64,000 nucleotides of DNA from an uncultured virus (IMG/VR IMGVR_UViG_3300042898_002828). Lineage: Duplodnaviria; Heunggongvirae; Uroviricota; Caudoviricetes; Crassvirales. This document shows, in pieces, positions 40,056 through 50,858 of this stretch; position 1 is the first letter of the stretch; the number at the start of each line of letters is the position of its first letter. Location: the IMG/VR virus record IMGVR_UViG_3300042898_002828, one strand, 5' to 3'. A model generated the notes under the pieces. The model had not been told where the DNA came from. It worked only from the letters and a program-made list of their open reading frames with translations, and ran no database searches. The position numbers were made by a program, and so were the translations under genes.

Positions 40056-42491
40056 TTAAAGTGGCCCTATGTCATTAAAAGATATATCTTGTTTATTATC
40101 ATAATTAGACTCAAATCTCTTTGGTGGTAACTTTAATTCTCTTTGGTTAATAAGTTCTGATTGATTTGAACTTTGGATGTTCAATCTCTTGTCTTTAGCG
40201 TCTTCTTTCTGTTTATTTATTGATGAAATTGAATTAGCTTCTATGCCAGCTAATTGCATATTGTAACTAAACTCTTCTGCCATTAATCCTTTTTTGAGTT
40301 CCGATTCTGCTGTTAGGGTTCTTATATCAAAGTTAGATTCTGCTTCAAGGATTTGGATTTTAGCCTGTGTTTCAAGTTGTATTTTTTGCATAGCTGTTTG
40401 AGATGCCATTTCTTGAGACTTTAATTGCTGTTGAGAAATCATTGCTTGTTTTTGCATTTCCATCTTTTCAGCTTGATCTTGCTTTTTAAGACGCTTCATT
40501 TTTAAGAGCTGATTTGCAAGTTTGAGGTTTTTGATTTCTCTTATATCAATAGCATCTTCAATATCAATATTCTTTTGGGCAAGTGCAATTTGGATATTAG
40601 CTTCCAATTGAGCTCTTTCCTCTTCGTCTGGACTTACCTCAATAAATATACCGAAATCAGATGCGTACAAATCTTTAATATCGTTTAAGATAGATACATT
40701 GTATTTTCCAATCTTATTAGCAAAATCATCTTTAAAATCAGAGTATTCAAGTATATCTGCAACTCTATATGTTAAAGCTTCGGACAGTGACCTAAATATA
40801 GATAAACTTGCATCTAAAATGTGTCGTGTTGCTGTGTTTGAGTTTGCTGCTGCTAATTTTTGTACTCCAACTAATGCGTTTGGGTCAGGAGTAGAGCCAT
40901 CTCTTGCCTCATTTAATCCTGTAACATCTCTAATCATACCTAAGTAGTGATTATAGTTAGCAATAAGCATCTGTAACTTACTTGCGCCCGAATTAGATGT
41001 AAGTTGTGTTATTGGAACTCTTGCATTATTAAATTCGCCATCAGATGTATAACTACGTCCTACAACACTACCTGTTTGAAAATACAGTCTTAATGCGTCT
41101 TCGGGAGTATATGTTCCCCCTTCGCCCATATCAACCTCGTTTATACCATCAGCGTCTATAAATACACCATCAGGAACTACTTTAGCTACAACTTGCTGTA
41201 ACTTTAAGTGAGTAATTTGAATTAAGTCAGCAAATGGAATCATTCTTCCGGCTAAAGGTTCATAGTTTCCTTTATACATTCTTGGGGCACACGCTATATA
41301 ATTTGATAAAGCATGTTGTGAGGCGGATTTTGGTCTAACCATATTTTCAGCCAATTCCCATTTAAGAACTATATTGGTACCCATAACCATTATGCCGTTA
41401 TACCAAACGTCAATTACTTTTTCTATTTTAGTAAAACGACCTTCTTCCATCATTTCTACAGGCGGATTGAACTGGTCATCTTTTTGAATTACACGAGAGC
41501 CACCTCCTTCAAGTATTTTTTTCTTAAAAACTACTTTTTTTGAAGTCTTGTAATTGTAATAAAGCAGCGTGCAGGTATCTTTTCTAAATACACTATTATC
41601 GTAATACTGTGATGAGTTATAATAGTCGTACCAACTTTGCGAATATTGAGATATTTTTTCAATATCCTCGGGTGTTAAACTTTGGTCTATTTTGTAAAGT
41701 TCTGTAACAGGAACTGTTTTTACCTCTCCCCAATAAAATACATCACCAAAATTAGGGTCTTCTGTATAGCTATTAACTATATAAGCAGGGTCTACATAAC
41801 ACACTTCAACACCTGCACCTGGCAGAAATTCGTGTTTACATATACCTATTCCTATTGTTGTTAAATCGTAATCAATTCGCTTTCTTATGTCATACCATTT
41901 GTTTTCTTCAAGTATTGTATTTATAGCCTCTTCTTCTGCTATTTCTATTGCAGGCTTATAGTGAAGTTGCATATAAAGACTTAACTCTTCATCGGTTGCA
42001 GGTAATTGGTCTGGAGGCATAACAAATGGGTCAACTCCTGTGGAATTTTGGATACTTGTTAAAATATCTTTAGCTACCATTTGCCCCTCTACCATATCCT
42101 GATATTTACTTCTCTTAGCTTGAGACATTGCATCCTGGGCAAATGCTTTTACTTTAAATAACCTATCAGACATCCCATTTACAACTATATCTACAAACTT
42201 TGGTATAATTGGAACGGGTGTCCAATCTAAGTTTAGGTGAGATAAGTCACCATCAACTGCCATTTCGCTTTTATATTTTTCTATTGACTGCTCCCCCCTT
42301 GCATACATTCTTAGTCTATGGTACCTGCCCATTCGGTCATAAAATCTACAACTTCCTTGGTCTTTTGAAAACCACTCCCACTGTATAGAATTTCCAATCA
42401 TTAATCCGTATTCTACAGTTGCTTTCTGTGTGTCAGACACAAATTGATTTGGAAAAACGGTTGCAGGAATAGTTATTTCTACCTCTTTCAT
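40056..42491 (-). CDS. portal protein
   Basis: 811 aa after terminase; WTPVPIIPKFVDIVVNG, VTGLNEARDG, Gln-rich C-terminal barrel. Confidence 0.8.
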   Translation of the reverse strand: MKEVEITIPATVFPNQFVSDTQKATVEYGLMIGNSIQWEWFSKDQGSCRFYDRMGRYHRLRMYARGEQSIEKYKSEMAVDGDLSHLNLDWTPVPIIPKFVDIVVNGMSDRLFKVKAFAQDAMSQAKRSKYQDMVEGQMVAKDILTSIQNSTGVDPFVMPPDQLPATDEELSLYMQLHYKPAIEIAEEEAINTILEENKWYDIRKRIDYDLTTIGIGICKHEFLPGAGVEVCYVDPAYIVNSYTEDPNFGDVFYWGEVKTVPVTELYKIDQSLTPEDIEKISQYSQSWYDYYNSSQYYDNSVFRKDTCTLLYYNYKTSKKVVFKKKILEGGGSRVIQKDDQFNPPVEMMEEGRFTKIEKVIDVWYNGIMVMGTNIVLKWELAENMVRPKSASQHALSNYIACAPRMYKGNYEPLAGRMIPFADLIQITHLKLQQVVAKVVPDGVFIDADGINEVDMGEGGTYTPEDALRLYFQTGSVVGRSYTSDGEFNNARVPITQLTSNSGASKLQMLIANYNHYLGMIRDVTGLNEARDGSTPDPNALVGVQKLAAANSNTATRHILDASLSIFRSLSEALTYRVADILEYSDFKDDFANKIGKYNVSILNDIKDLYASDFGIFIEVSPDEEERAQLEANIQIALAQKNIDIEDAIDIREIKNLKLANQLLKMKRLKKQDQAEKMEMQKQAMISQQQLKSQEMASQTAMQKIQLETQAKIQILEAESNFDIRTLTAESELKKGLMAEEFSYNMQLAGIEANSISSINKQKEDAKDKRLNIQSSNQSELINQRELKLPPKRFESNYDNKQDISFNDIGPL

Positions 42492-44746
42492 AAGTTTCTT
42501 ATTATTTTAGAAGATGAACCTTCATTATTATATTTAGCAAAATTAATACTTATTTTCTCATTTTTTACTTCTGGCAAATACTCGTGTTTTTGATTTGCCA
42601 TAATACACAATCCTGAGCTAATAGAGGCATCAAACTTTGTTCGGTCATTTATATCAAACCGCGCCCAATCTAAAAGAGTGTTATTAAAAAGCATTGAGCC
42701 TATTTGATCACTACTTCTGTATGTTCCAGACATATCAAATCCAATATGTTTTTCTATGTAGGTTTCTATTGCGCTTGCGTGAGCTTGTTTAATATCTTCA
42801 GACGAGTTCGGTATACCTCCGAGCTCTCTTTCTGTTGCTGATAGTTTAGCAAATTTCTTATCGGGTCTATTCATACTAAATGCACGATACCCTCTATTTT
42901 TAAAGTGATAAAGCAGCCTTGGTTTGTTGTTTTCTGAAAGTATGGGCATACCGTAAAAAACACACGCCATAAGTACATCTTCAAAAAATATTTCTGCTGT
43001 TTGTGGTCTTGCTATATACTCAAGGAAAAACTCATTTATAGGTGCTTCGTCCATATGGAACTTAGTCATACCGTGTAGTGAACCATTAGAGCCTCTACCA
43101 CCAACTACTGCTGATATATCATAAGGGTCACACCCAAATGTTCCTAGGTGTTCATTGCAAGGCATACACTTATCGCCTTTTCTTATTACTCTATTTTGTA
43201 AATGTTTTGGCGGCAACCACCCTACCAAAAATCTACCCCTAATATCGGGAGACCAAATTACTGTTGTATCCTTAATACCATCTTTCCATGTAAACGATCC
43301 TCTTGTAACATGATGGTCTATTATTATTGAATCGTTATAATCAATCTGTTGATAAATTTTAGTTAAATTAAATAATGAAGCCTCACTTTTATCCCTAAAA
43401 GCATGAGAAATACTTCTTGGAAACTGTCTGTAAAATTCATTTAAAGCATCTGAGTCGCTTTTTAATGAATCTACTTCCGCTTCCCAATAGTCTATTGCTC
43501 CATTTTTAATTAGTTTTCCATCTATTCCCATTACGGGAACATGTGGTTTTCTAAGAACAGGCATACCATATTTATCAATAAACCCTTCCATATTCCACTC
43601 CATAGGAATAAATAAAGAATATAATCCTGATTTAGTTTGTCCGTTGGCATTTCTATTAAGCACATCGGAATCTTCATACATCTCTTTAAACTCTTCTCCC
43701 CCCTTTTTGCGTGCGTTTACAGTAGAACCCATTTTGCATTTGCCAATTATTCTGCTTCCTAATCGCAAACACGTTTTATGTACACGCCATAACCCTAAAA
43801 GACTAATTGGTTTTAAGAATTTACCTGCTTCGTCTATAGATAAAAATATTAACTTTTCACCGTCATACGAGTTATCATCTGTACTTTTCCAATCTATTGT
43901 AGTATCAAGTCCTTCTGTTCCGACATTACCTGCCGAGTACATGTTGTTTTTAGTTATTTTACTTGCAGGTACTTTATAGGATAATTCTGTTTTAGGTTTA
44001 TCCATACCGTCCATAATAGGTTTAAAATAGAATGGCAATTTATTATTGATTGGGACAACCTTGTCAGTAAACATTTTTTTTGCATCTGCCCCGGTTGTTG
44101 AAAGTAATCCTATACGGGCATTGTTTGCCAACGTTCCTGTTTCTACCGCATCAGATGATGCTTCAAACGAGTGCCCCGACCTTCTAATCTTAGTATAAAT
44201 TTGCCCAAAAGACCTATCGTCTGCCTTACATGCCTCCCAGTGTATGTATTTTATTCTGTTGGCTTCACGAAAATCAGGATAACCAACATCAATGCTTGCA
44301 ACCTGTAAATAAAACCAATGTTGTCCTGTTAGATAAGTAGAAACTCCATTATTTTTAAACCAAAACCCGTGCTCTCTACAATCAAATTGTTGGTCAATGT
44401 ACGGCAACCAATTATTTTTAAATGCCGCAGGAGCATCGTTCCATTGGCTCATTGATTTTATTCTACTTAATTCAGGTGGAGGTATCTCCCTTTCCCAATA
44501 TTGGTCTTCTCTTTTTTTACTTCGTGAATAAATTTCTTTAGGTTCTTTTGGTAGAGCTATTATTAAGTTTTGTATTTTGTAAATTTCGCCTATTTCACCA
44601 TTTTTAGAAATTATTACAACATCGTATTTTTCATCGTATCCGTATTTCCATGACTTTGTAGCATTACGTCTTTGTATAATGCTCTTATCTATATAATCGG
44701 GTAAAACTGAAAATATATTATCTTCCTTTTGAATTACGTTCTGCAA
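42488..44746 (-). CDS. terL: terminase large subunit
   Basis: Walker A KIRRSGHS, Walker B LSIDEAGK, nuclease FGCDPYD. Confidence 0.85.
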   Translation of the reverse strand: MQNVIQKEDNIFSVLPDYIDKSIIQRRNATKSWKYGYDEKYDVVIISKNGEIGEIYKIQNLIIALPKEPKEIYSRSKKREDQYWEREIPPPELSRIKSMSQWNDAPAAFKNNWLPYIDQQFDCREHGFWFKNNGVSTYLTGQHWFYLQVASIDVGYPDFREANRIKYIHWEACKADDRSFGQIYTKIRRSGHSFEASSDAVETGTLANNARIGLLSTTGADAKKMFTDKVVPINNKLPFYFKPIMDGMDKPKTELSYKVPASKITKNNMYSAGNVGTEGLDTTIDWKSTDDNSYDGEKLIFLSIDEAGKFLKPISLLGLWRVHKTCLRLGSRIIGKCKMGSTVNARKKGGEEFKEMYEDSDVLNRNANGQTKSGLYSLFIPMEWNMEGFIDKYGMPVLRKPHVPVMGIDGKLIKNGAIDYWEAEVDSLKSDSDALNEFYRQFPRSISHAFRDKSEASLFNLTKIYQQIDYNDSIIIDHHVTRGSFTWKDGIKDTTVIWSPDIRGRFLVGWLPPKHLQNRVIRKGDKCMPCNEHLGTFGCDPYDISAVVGGRGSNGSLHGMTKFHMDEAPINEFFLEYIARPQTAEIFFEDVLMACVFYGMPILSENNKPRLLYHFKNRGYRAFSMNRPDKKFAKLSATERELGGIPNSSEDIKQAHASAIETYIEKHIGFDMSGTYRSSDQIGSMLFNNTLLDWARFDINDRTKFDASISSGLCIMANQKHEYLPEVKNEKISINFAKYNNEGSSSKIIRNL

Positions 44747-44993
44747 ATCCCTGTGATGAATGTGATAATGTTCCTTCTGTTAAACTAAGTTGTTCTGCGT
44801 CTATCCTGGTAAGTATATCAAAAGCATCAAACACGGCTATTTTTTTACATTGAGCCGCATTTTTTAATCTATCTGAGCTAACATCATCTTCAGTATTTGT
44901 TATAATCGGCTCTTCAATTACCTTGATTAGCTCTTCTACGCCTTTTCTTCCTGCATCAATGATTAACTGCTTGTACTCTTCTGTGCTTTTCAT
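44718..44993 (-). CDS. putative terminase small subunit
   Basis: Small helical protein overlapping the terL start; position only. Confidence 0.4.
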   Translation of the reverse strand: MKSTEEYKQLIIDAGRKGVEELIKVIEEPIITNTEDDVSSDRLKNAAQCKKIAVFDAFDILTRIDAEQLSLTEGTLSHSSQGFAERNSKGR

Positions 44994-45556
44994 AGTTTAA
45001 TTACAATAGCGTGGTCAAACATTCGATAAAGTTTCTCTCCGTCAATTATAAAAGGATACTCCGATTCAGGCTTAAAGCAAACCTTATCTCCAGCAACCAC
45101 CCCCTTGGACTCTAGGTATTCATTACTGTATTTTATTACGCCAATTAACGGTTCTTCGTCAATGTGTTTTTTAATGCTTAAATTATCTATTACCGGAATG
45201 GGTTTTACAAAACAATACCTGCCTTGAGTCTCCCATTTATTCCCGTTGTTGTATCCAAAAAACTGTTCTTCATTAACAATAAATAAATCATCTTTTAAAA
45301 ATGAACCTGAGTTTTTGCGTTGACCGTACATGTCATTATAAAACTTCATTACGTTATGGTGGACTATCAATGTTGCACCTATTTCAATATCACCCTTATA
45401 TCCAATAGGCAATTCTATTACTTTGGCAAATCTATTAGATGCCAGGTGGTCTTCCTCAGATACGCTTGTTATTAATTCTACACCTGCAATATTTGTAGTA
45501 TTATCGTAGCGTTTTCCTCCAATTGGCTTTACTATAAAATTATCAGGACTTCTCAT
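44990..45556 (-). CDS. GroES-like protein, apparently two tandem GroES folds
   Basis: NFIVKP...AKVIELP..IEIGATLIV and YCFVKP...GVIKY..GVVAGDKVCF..IIDGEKLYRM. Confidence 0.55.
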   Translation of the reverse strand: MRSPDNFIVKPIGGKRYDNTTNIAGVELITSVSEEDHLASNRFAKVIELPIGYKGDIEIGATLIVHHNVMKFYNDMYGQRKNSGSFLKDDLFIVNEEQFFGYNNGNKWETQGRYCFVKPIPVIDNLSIKKHIDEEPLIGVIKYSNEYLESKGVVAGDKVCFKPESEYPFIIDGEKLYRMFDHAIVIKL

Positions 45557-45558
45557 GT

Positions 45559-45783
45559 TTAAAAGTCAATGTTAAATTCTATTGATTTGGGCACCGAGTA
45601 TGTAAATTCTTTCCATAGTACAACTTCGCTTAGTTTATTTATAATCCATATCTCTACCGATAGCGTTTCAGCTTCTCTTTTTATTAAGTGAATCTTATTG
45701 CTTCCTCCAAGGATTTCTTGCCCAACTGAATAGTGCATTCCGTCCTTATAATCTGGACCAATAGTTAGTTTTCTAATTTCCAC
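45559..45783 (-). CDS. hypothetical protein
   Basis: IRKLTIGPDYKDGMHYSVGQ; packed in operon. Confidence 0.6.
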   Translation of the reverse strand: MEIRKLTIGPDYKDGMHYSVGQEILGGSNKIHLIKREAETLSVEIWIINKLSEVVLWKEFTYSVPKSIEFNIDF

Positions 45784-46033
45784 TTGTCACTTCGCCTGTT
45801 TGGATATTTACAACGGAATTTTCTCCGTGTTTTTTTATGATTTTCTGCTCAAATACTTTTGATTCGTAAACTAATTCATCATAACGCTTTATAGTGCTTT
45901 GTTTTTGTAATTCTAAATCGCCGATATGAATTTTTATTCTTATTCTTTCGTTGTTTGAATTTTGCAATTGAGTTAATTCCTGCTCGGTTAATTGACCGAT
46001 AACTTCTTTAGGTGTTTCTTTTGAAATTTCCAT
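45773..46033 (-). CDS. small coiled-coil protein, first gene of late block
   Basis: Preceded by TACTTTTG box (46062-46055). Confidence 0.6.
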   Translation of the reverse strand: MEISKETPKEVIGQLTEQELTQLQNSNNERIRIKIHIGDLELQKQSTIKRYDELVYESKVFEQKIIKKHGENSVVNIQTGEVTSGN

Positions 46034-46163
46034 TTTATTTATATTTGATTACTTCAAAAGTAAAATATTTGCGTTTGATTATATGTTAATTAGTAAAAAT
46101 ATTTGCATAATATATGGAATAAGTTAGTAATTGCTTATTATTTTGTATATTTGTAATCTGTAT

Positions 46164-46319
46164 ATGATATACGAGCACGTAAAAAAATACCGATTAAATC
46201 AAATTGTGATAGCAGAGGCTTTGGGCTATAAAAATGTTCAATCATTTAGATGCTCTACTGCACATCGCAGAATTATGGCAGGAATAAATATTATTTTGGG
46301 AGAAATTAAAAAACCATGA
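46164..46319 (+). CDS. small HTH-like protein
   Basis: Start MIYEH after TATATTTG (46146-46153); LNQIVIAEALGY is HTH-like. Confidence 0.4.
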   Translation: MIYEHVKKYRLNQIVIAEALGYKNVQSFRCSTAHRRIMAGINIILGEIKKP

Positions 46320-46549
46320 AAATAAAATTAGGTCAACTTAAAAAAGTATCAAACCATAAAAGAAAGTTTGGTTCAGCATTATCTTACAATGCGGTTTATG
46401 TAGAGTTTGATAACGGTAACACCGTTGTGTTATTATTATCTGATGTTGAAATTGCCGATGCAATAAAACGTTCGGACAATAATTTAGAAGATATTCCTAA
46501 ATTGCATTTACCGATACTTAAACGTATTGCAACATACTTTAATATGTAA
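46316..46549 (+). CDS. hypothetical protein
   Basis: ATGA-coupled ORF. Confidence 0.55.
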   Translation: MKIKLGQLKKVSNHKRKFGSALSYNAVYVEFDNGNTVVLLLSDVEIADAIKRSDNNLEDIPKLHLPILKRIATYFNM

Positions 46550-46550
46550 A

Positions 46551-47192
46551 ATGATTATTAGTTTAATACACCCGTCTAGAGGTAGAGCTAAAAAGGCATT
46601 TAAAACGTATTCTGACTGGATGCTTAAATCTTCGTGCAGTCATACTATTGAGCACATACTATCTGTTGATTTCGATGACATTGAATTAAAAAATTATAAG
46701 TTTTTATTTGGTACTATTGAAATAAATGACAATAAATCAGTAGTAGATGCTACTAATATAGCTTGCAAAAAAGCAATTGGCGATATTTTAGTTTACCTTT
46801 CCGATGATTTTAATTGTCCTGATAATTGGGATGAATTAATAGTTGATGCTTTTGGAGATAAGATTAATGAGCCTTGTTGCATTAAAGTTGATGACTGCTT
46901 GCAAAGGTTTGATGTAGCGGTTCTTACAATACCAATAATTACTAAACATTTATATAATAAATTAGGTTATTTTTGGCATCCAGAATATAAATCTATGTTT
47001 GTAGATGAAGACCTTTTTTGGACATGCAATAATAATGATTGGTTATTAAAAGTCCCTTATTTAAGGTTTGAGCATCATCATCCTGCAAATGGTAAGGCAT
47101 TAAACGATGAGACGTATATACGTAGTGCTGCAAATTGGAACCAGGGTAAAGAGGTGTACTCAAAACGTAAATCATTAAATTTCCCGCTGTGA
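46551..47192 (+). CDS. GT-A fold glycosyltransferase
   Basis: ISLIHPSRGR, VYLSDDF, FVDEDL, FEHHH. Confidence 0.7.
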   Translation: MIISLIHPSRGRAKKAFKTYSDWMLKSSCSHTIEHILSVDFDDIELKNYKFLFGTIEINDNKSVVDATNIACKKAIGDILVYLSDDFNCPDNWDELIVDAFGDKINEPCCIKVDDCLQRFDVAVLTIPIITKHLYNKLGYFWHPEYKSMFVDEDLFWTCNNNDWLLKVPYLRFEHHHPANGKALNDETYIRSAANWNQGKEVYSKRKSLNFPL

Positions 47193-47746
47193 AATTATCA
47201 ATTCTAATACCTTCTTTAGAGATTCGAGCATCTCAGTTAAATAAACTGATTAAAAATTTAGAGTCTCAAAAAACTAGTGATGTAGAAATAATTTCTTTAG
47301 TTGACAATAAGCAAATGTCGACAGGCGCAAAAAGGCAAAAGTTATTAGAAATGTCAATAGGAAAATACATAGTTTTTATTGACGATGACGATACTGTGCC
47401 TGAATATTATGTTTCTGAAATGCTAAAAGGATGCGAAACTGGTGCTGATTGCATGGCTATCAATGGGTATATAACAACCAATGGAGTTAACCGTATTGAT
47501 TGGAGAATTTCAAAGGATTACGACAATATCACTATAATTGAAAGAGGTAGGAGTGTTTATCTTAGAAAAACTAACCATATTACAGCGGTTAAAAGAGATT
47601 TAGCATTGCAAGCGGGGTTCCCTGATAAATCTTTGGCAGAAGATAAGGCATACAGTGATTCTTTATCAAGATTTTTAAAAACAGAGCATAAGATTCTTTT
47701 AAATATGTATCATTACGATTTTCAAACTGCAAACAAACAATATTAA
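47189..47746 (+). CDS. GT2-family glycosyltransferase
   Basis: LSILIPS, GAKRQKLL, YIVFIDDDD, AED. Confidence 0.85.
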   Translation: MKLSILIPSLEIRASQLNKLIKNLESQKTSDVEIISLVDNKQMSTGAKRQKLLEMSIGKYIVFIDDDDTVPEYYVSEMLKGCETGADCMAINGYITTNGVNRIDWRISKDYDNITIIERGRSVYLRKTNHITAVKRDLALQAGFPDKSLAEDKAYSDSLSRFLKTEHKILLNMYHYDFQTANKQY

Positions 47747-48460
47747 ATGAAAAAAACAGTAGTATCATTCGCTGACGGTTCAGGTAACTACGCCAAGGCA
47801 TTAATGAGATTAGAACAATCTTTGCGCCAAGTAAATTTTGAAGGTCAATTTAAAGGAATAAACGATTACGGGCACATAGGTTCACCGCATCATAAAGGAA
47901 GCCCAGGTGCAGTACCTTATGCCTTTAAAGCACTTTCAATTAAAAAGGCTATAGAAGAAGGTGCTGATTTAATTCTATGGTGTGATAGTGTAGTTTACGC
48001 TACAAAATCAATAAATCCTATATTTGAGTATATAGAAAAAAGTGGGGTACTTTTATTTGATAATATAGGTTATTCCATTGGAGATTACACTTCTGATTAT
48101 TGTCTTGATTATTACAATATGACGCGAGAACAAGCTTTTAATAATAAAATGATAATGGCTTGCGTTATGGGGTTTAATATTCATAATCCAACTGCTAAAG
48201 AGTTTTTAGATCAATATATTTCTGCATCCGAATTAGGAGTAAGTTCTCCTTACAATGGAGATTGGAGTAATAATAATCTAGAAGTTTCAAATGATATGAG
48301 GGTAAAAGGCCACAGGCACGACCAAAGCGTTGCTTCTGTTCTTGCAGAGCAAATGAATATACCAATTATAAATGCTCAAAGCACCTTTTTCGCTTATGAA
48401 TCTCACAAAGGAATAGTACCAGTATCTAACAATGTATGTTTATGGTCAGGAGGAATTTAG
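47747..48460 (+). CDS. putative glycosyltransferase
   Basis: YAFKALSI, ILWCDS, HRHDQSV motifs. Confidence 0.55.
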   Translation: MKKTVVSFADGSGNYAKALMRLEQSLRQVNFEGQFKGINDYGHIGSPHHKGSPGAVPYAFKALSIKKAIEEGADLILWCDSVVYATKSINPIFEYIEKSGVLLFDNIGYSIGDYTSDYCLDYYNMTREQAFNNKMIMACVMGFNIHNPTAKEFLDQYISASELGVSSPYNGDWSNNNLEVSNDMRVKGHRHDQSVASVLAEQMNIPIINAQSTFFAYESHKGIVPVSNNVCLWSGGI

Positions 48461-49089
48461 AATACGCAAAACAAATAGCTTTTTCAAGCGAAGAAACATT
48501 AATGTTTTCTTACGAGTGTGCTTTAAACATGAAAAACACAGATGGAGATTATGTTGAATGCGGTGTTGCTGCTGGAGCTCAAATCATAGCAATGGCCACT
48601 GCTTCCCCAAATAAGATTATCCATGCTTTTGATTCTTTTGACGGTATTCCCTTACCTTCTAATCGTGATGACCAAATGCCTGGAATTAGATACTTAACTA
48701 AAGAAGAACAAAAAGATTTACCTAATGCCGGTGAACAAGAATTGGTATCAAGCGGAGCAACTGTAATTCCTTTGGATGGATTTATACATAATCTAATGAA
48801 ATGCGATATTAATTTAAGTAATATTACAATTCATAAAGGCTGGTTTGAAGAAACGTTACCTAAGACATCTATCGGTAAAATATCTATATTAAGACTTGAT
48901 GGTGATTTATATAATTCAACATTAGTTTGCTTGCAATACTTATTTAATAATGTAATTGAGGGCGGTATTGTAATTATTGACGATTACGAATTAGAAGGTT
49001 GCAAAAATGCTTGCGATGATTACTTTAAATCAATAGGCTACGAACCAAAATACAAAAAGATTTCTAACATATCATATTTTATAAAATAA
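48436..49089 (+). CDS. TylF/MycF-family sugar O-methyltransferase
   Basis: VECGVAAG, AFDSFDG, KGWFEETL, LRLDGDLYNST, GGIVIIDDY. Confidence 0.85.
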   Translation: MFMVRRNLEYAKQIAFSSEETLMFSYECALNMKNTDGDYVECGVAAGAQIIAMATASPNKIIHAFDSFDGIPLPSNRDDQMPGIRYLTKEEQKDLPNAGEQELVSSGATVIPLDGFIHNLMKCDINLSNITIHKGWFEETLPKTSIGKISILRLDGDLYNSTLVCLQYLFNNVIEGGIVIIDDYELEGCKNACDDYFKSIGYEPKYKKISNISYFIK

Positions 49090-49697
49090 TGTACTCACAA
49101 AACGCAGAAGAAAACTATATAATTGACTATTTTGGTAATTTTAAAGGAAGCCTACTTGATATAGGCGCTAACGATGGAAAAACATTTTCAAACTCTTTAA
49201 AATTAATAGAATTAGGTTGGAAAGCTACCCTTATTGAGCCTTCACCAAAAGCATTTAATAAATTATCAGAGCTTCACTTTGGAAATAACAATGTAACATG
49301 TATTAATACTGCAATAGGAACTAAAAATGGCACCATGATTTTACACGAATCAAGCCATCATAATAAAGACCAAAAAGACATAGCACTTCTTAGCTCTTTA
49401 AAAGAATCTGAAACTGAAAGATGGAAAAAATCAGGAGTAAAATTCAATCAATGCGAAGTTAATGTATCTACATACAAAAAAGTGTTTGAAACTAGTGTAT
49501 TTGATTTTATAACAATTGATGCAGAAGGTTACGATTTAGAGATATTACGTCAAATAGACCTAACAGACACTAAACTATTATGTATTGAGTGGAATACCAA
49601 CGATCAGGCTAAAGGTCAAATATTAGAATACACAATTAAATTTGGAATGAATAAAATAATTTATGTTTCAGGTGAAAATTTATTAATAGGAAGATGA
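49089..49697 (+). CDS. FkbM-family methyltransferase
   Basis: YSQNAEE, LDIGANDG, IEPSP, ITIDAEGYDLEIL. Confidence 0.85.
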   Translation: MYSQNAEENYIIDYFGNFKGSLLDIGANDGKTFSNSLKLIELGWKATLIEPSPKAFNKLSELHFGNNNVTCINTAIGTKNGTMILHESSHHNKDQKDIALLSSLKESETERWKKSGVKFNQCEVNVSTYKKVFETSVFDFITIDAEGYDLEILRQIDLTDTKLLCIEWNTNDQAKGQILEYTIKFGMNKIIYVSGENLLIGR

Positions 49698-50443
49698 CAC
49701 GATTAGCTGCTATTTATAATTGTTTTGCTGATAGTTCAGAATTACTACCATACAGTCTTAATTGCCTAATTGGTCATGTAGATGAAATAATAATAGTTTA
49801 CCAGGATGTATCTAACTACGGAGAGCCAATCCCATTTGAGAAACTATCAGACAAATTCATAAAAAATATATTTTCAAATTTTACATACGTTAAATATTCC
49901 CCAAACTTTAGTTTCTCAGGCACCGTAAACGAAACATTAAAACGTAATTTAGGAATACAATCAGCAAAAGAAAGTGGATGTACGCATTATTTCTGTTGCG
50001 ATTCCGATGAACTATGGGAAAACTTTAGTCTAGCAAAACAACAATACTTTGATTCGGGCCACAAAGCATCAGTAGCATCTATGTGGACATTCTTTAAAGA
50101 CCCAACCTTACGTTTTCAAAACAAAGACAATTATTATGTTCCATTCATTTGTGAGCTAACACCAGAGTCAAACGTAGGAAATAACCGATGTAAATACATC
50201 TGCGACCCTACTAGAAAACCAAACGAGCAAGACGTTATTTTAATAGAAGAACCTATGTGGCATTATTCTTGGGTACGCAAAGACATCCTACTCAAAGTAA
50301 GAAACAGTTCCGCCCAAGTAAATATAGGGAACTCAAATAGACTGCACGATTACAGAAACCCCGATTGTAAAGAAGGATATTATGTTAAAGACTTCCAACA
50401 AAAACTAATCAAAGTAGAAAACACATTTAACATTAACATATAA
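49694..50443 (+). CDS. putative glycosyltransferase
   Basis: VDEIIIVYQ, KRNLGI, FCCDSDE, MWHYSWVR. Confidence 0.65.
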   Translation: MTRLAAIYNCFADSSELLPYSLNCLIGHVDEIIIVYQDVSNYGEPIPFEKLSDKFIKNIFSNFTYVKYSPNFSFSGTVNETLKRNLGIQSAKESGCTHYFCCDSDELWENFSLAKQQYFDSGHKASVASMWTFFKDPTLRFQNKDNYYVPFICELTPESNVGNNRCKYICDPTRKPNEQDVILIEEPMWHYSWVRKDILLKVRNSSAQVNIGNSNRLHDYRNPDCKEGYYVKDFQQKLIKVENTFNINI

Positions 50444-50468
50444 AAAAAAGCACCCGGATAAGGTGCTT
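50442..50468 (-). terminator. terminator between convergent genes
   Basis: AAGCACC-CGGATAA-GGTGCTT with A-run. Confidence 0.65.
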
Positions 50469-50492
50469 AATTTGTGTGTTGGTTTAAACTTC

Positions 50493-50813
50493 TTAAGCTA
50501 TAGCTATAGAAGTAATAAGTTGTTGAGTAGATCCAACTAACGGCAATACAGGAACAATAATTGTGTCTGGATTAGATGCAGCGCTGTTAGCAAGAGCCAA
50601 AGCGTCAATTACTGCGTAGTGAGACTGATAAGTAGCATCAGCGGTAGTAAATGTAATTGTAATTACATCAGAAGCAGCGTGTCCCTCATAAAGGTGAAGC
50701 AATACAGTGCTTGTTGAAGGCATTGTAATAAAATAATCTGCATTAGCAGAAATTAAAGTCTTTGGCAATGCATTTGCTGCGCCAACTGTAAATTGTAAAT
50801 ATTTTCTGTTCAT
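50493..50813 (-). CDS. hypothetical, possibly virion protein
   Basis: Ala/Thr-rich; own TATTTTTG box at 50829-50822 and own terminator. Confidence 0.55.
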   Translation of the reverse strand: MNRKYLQFTVGAANALPKTLISANADYFITMPSTSTVLLHLYEGHAASDVITITFTTADATYQSHYAVIDALALANSAASNPDTIIVPVLPLVGSTQQLITSIAIA

Positions 50814-50858
50814 AGTGGATACAAAAATAGTAATTTTTTAAATAAAAAATAAAGCCCA

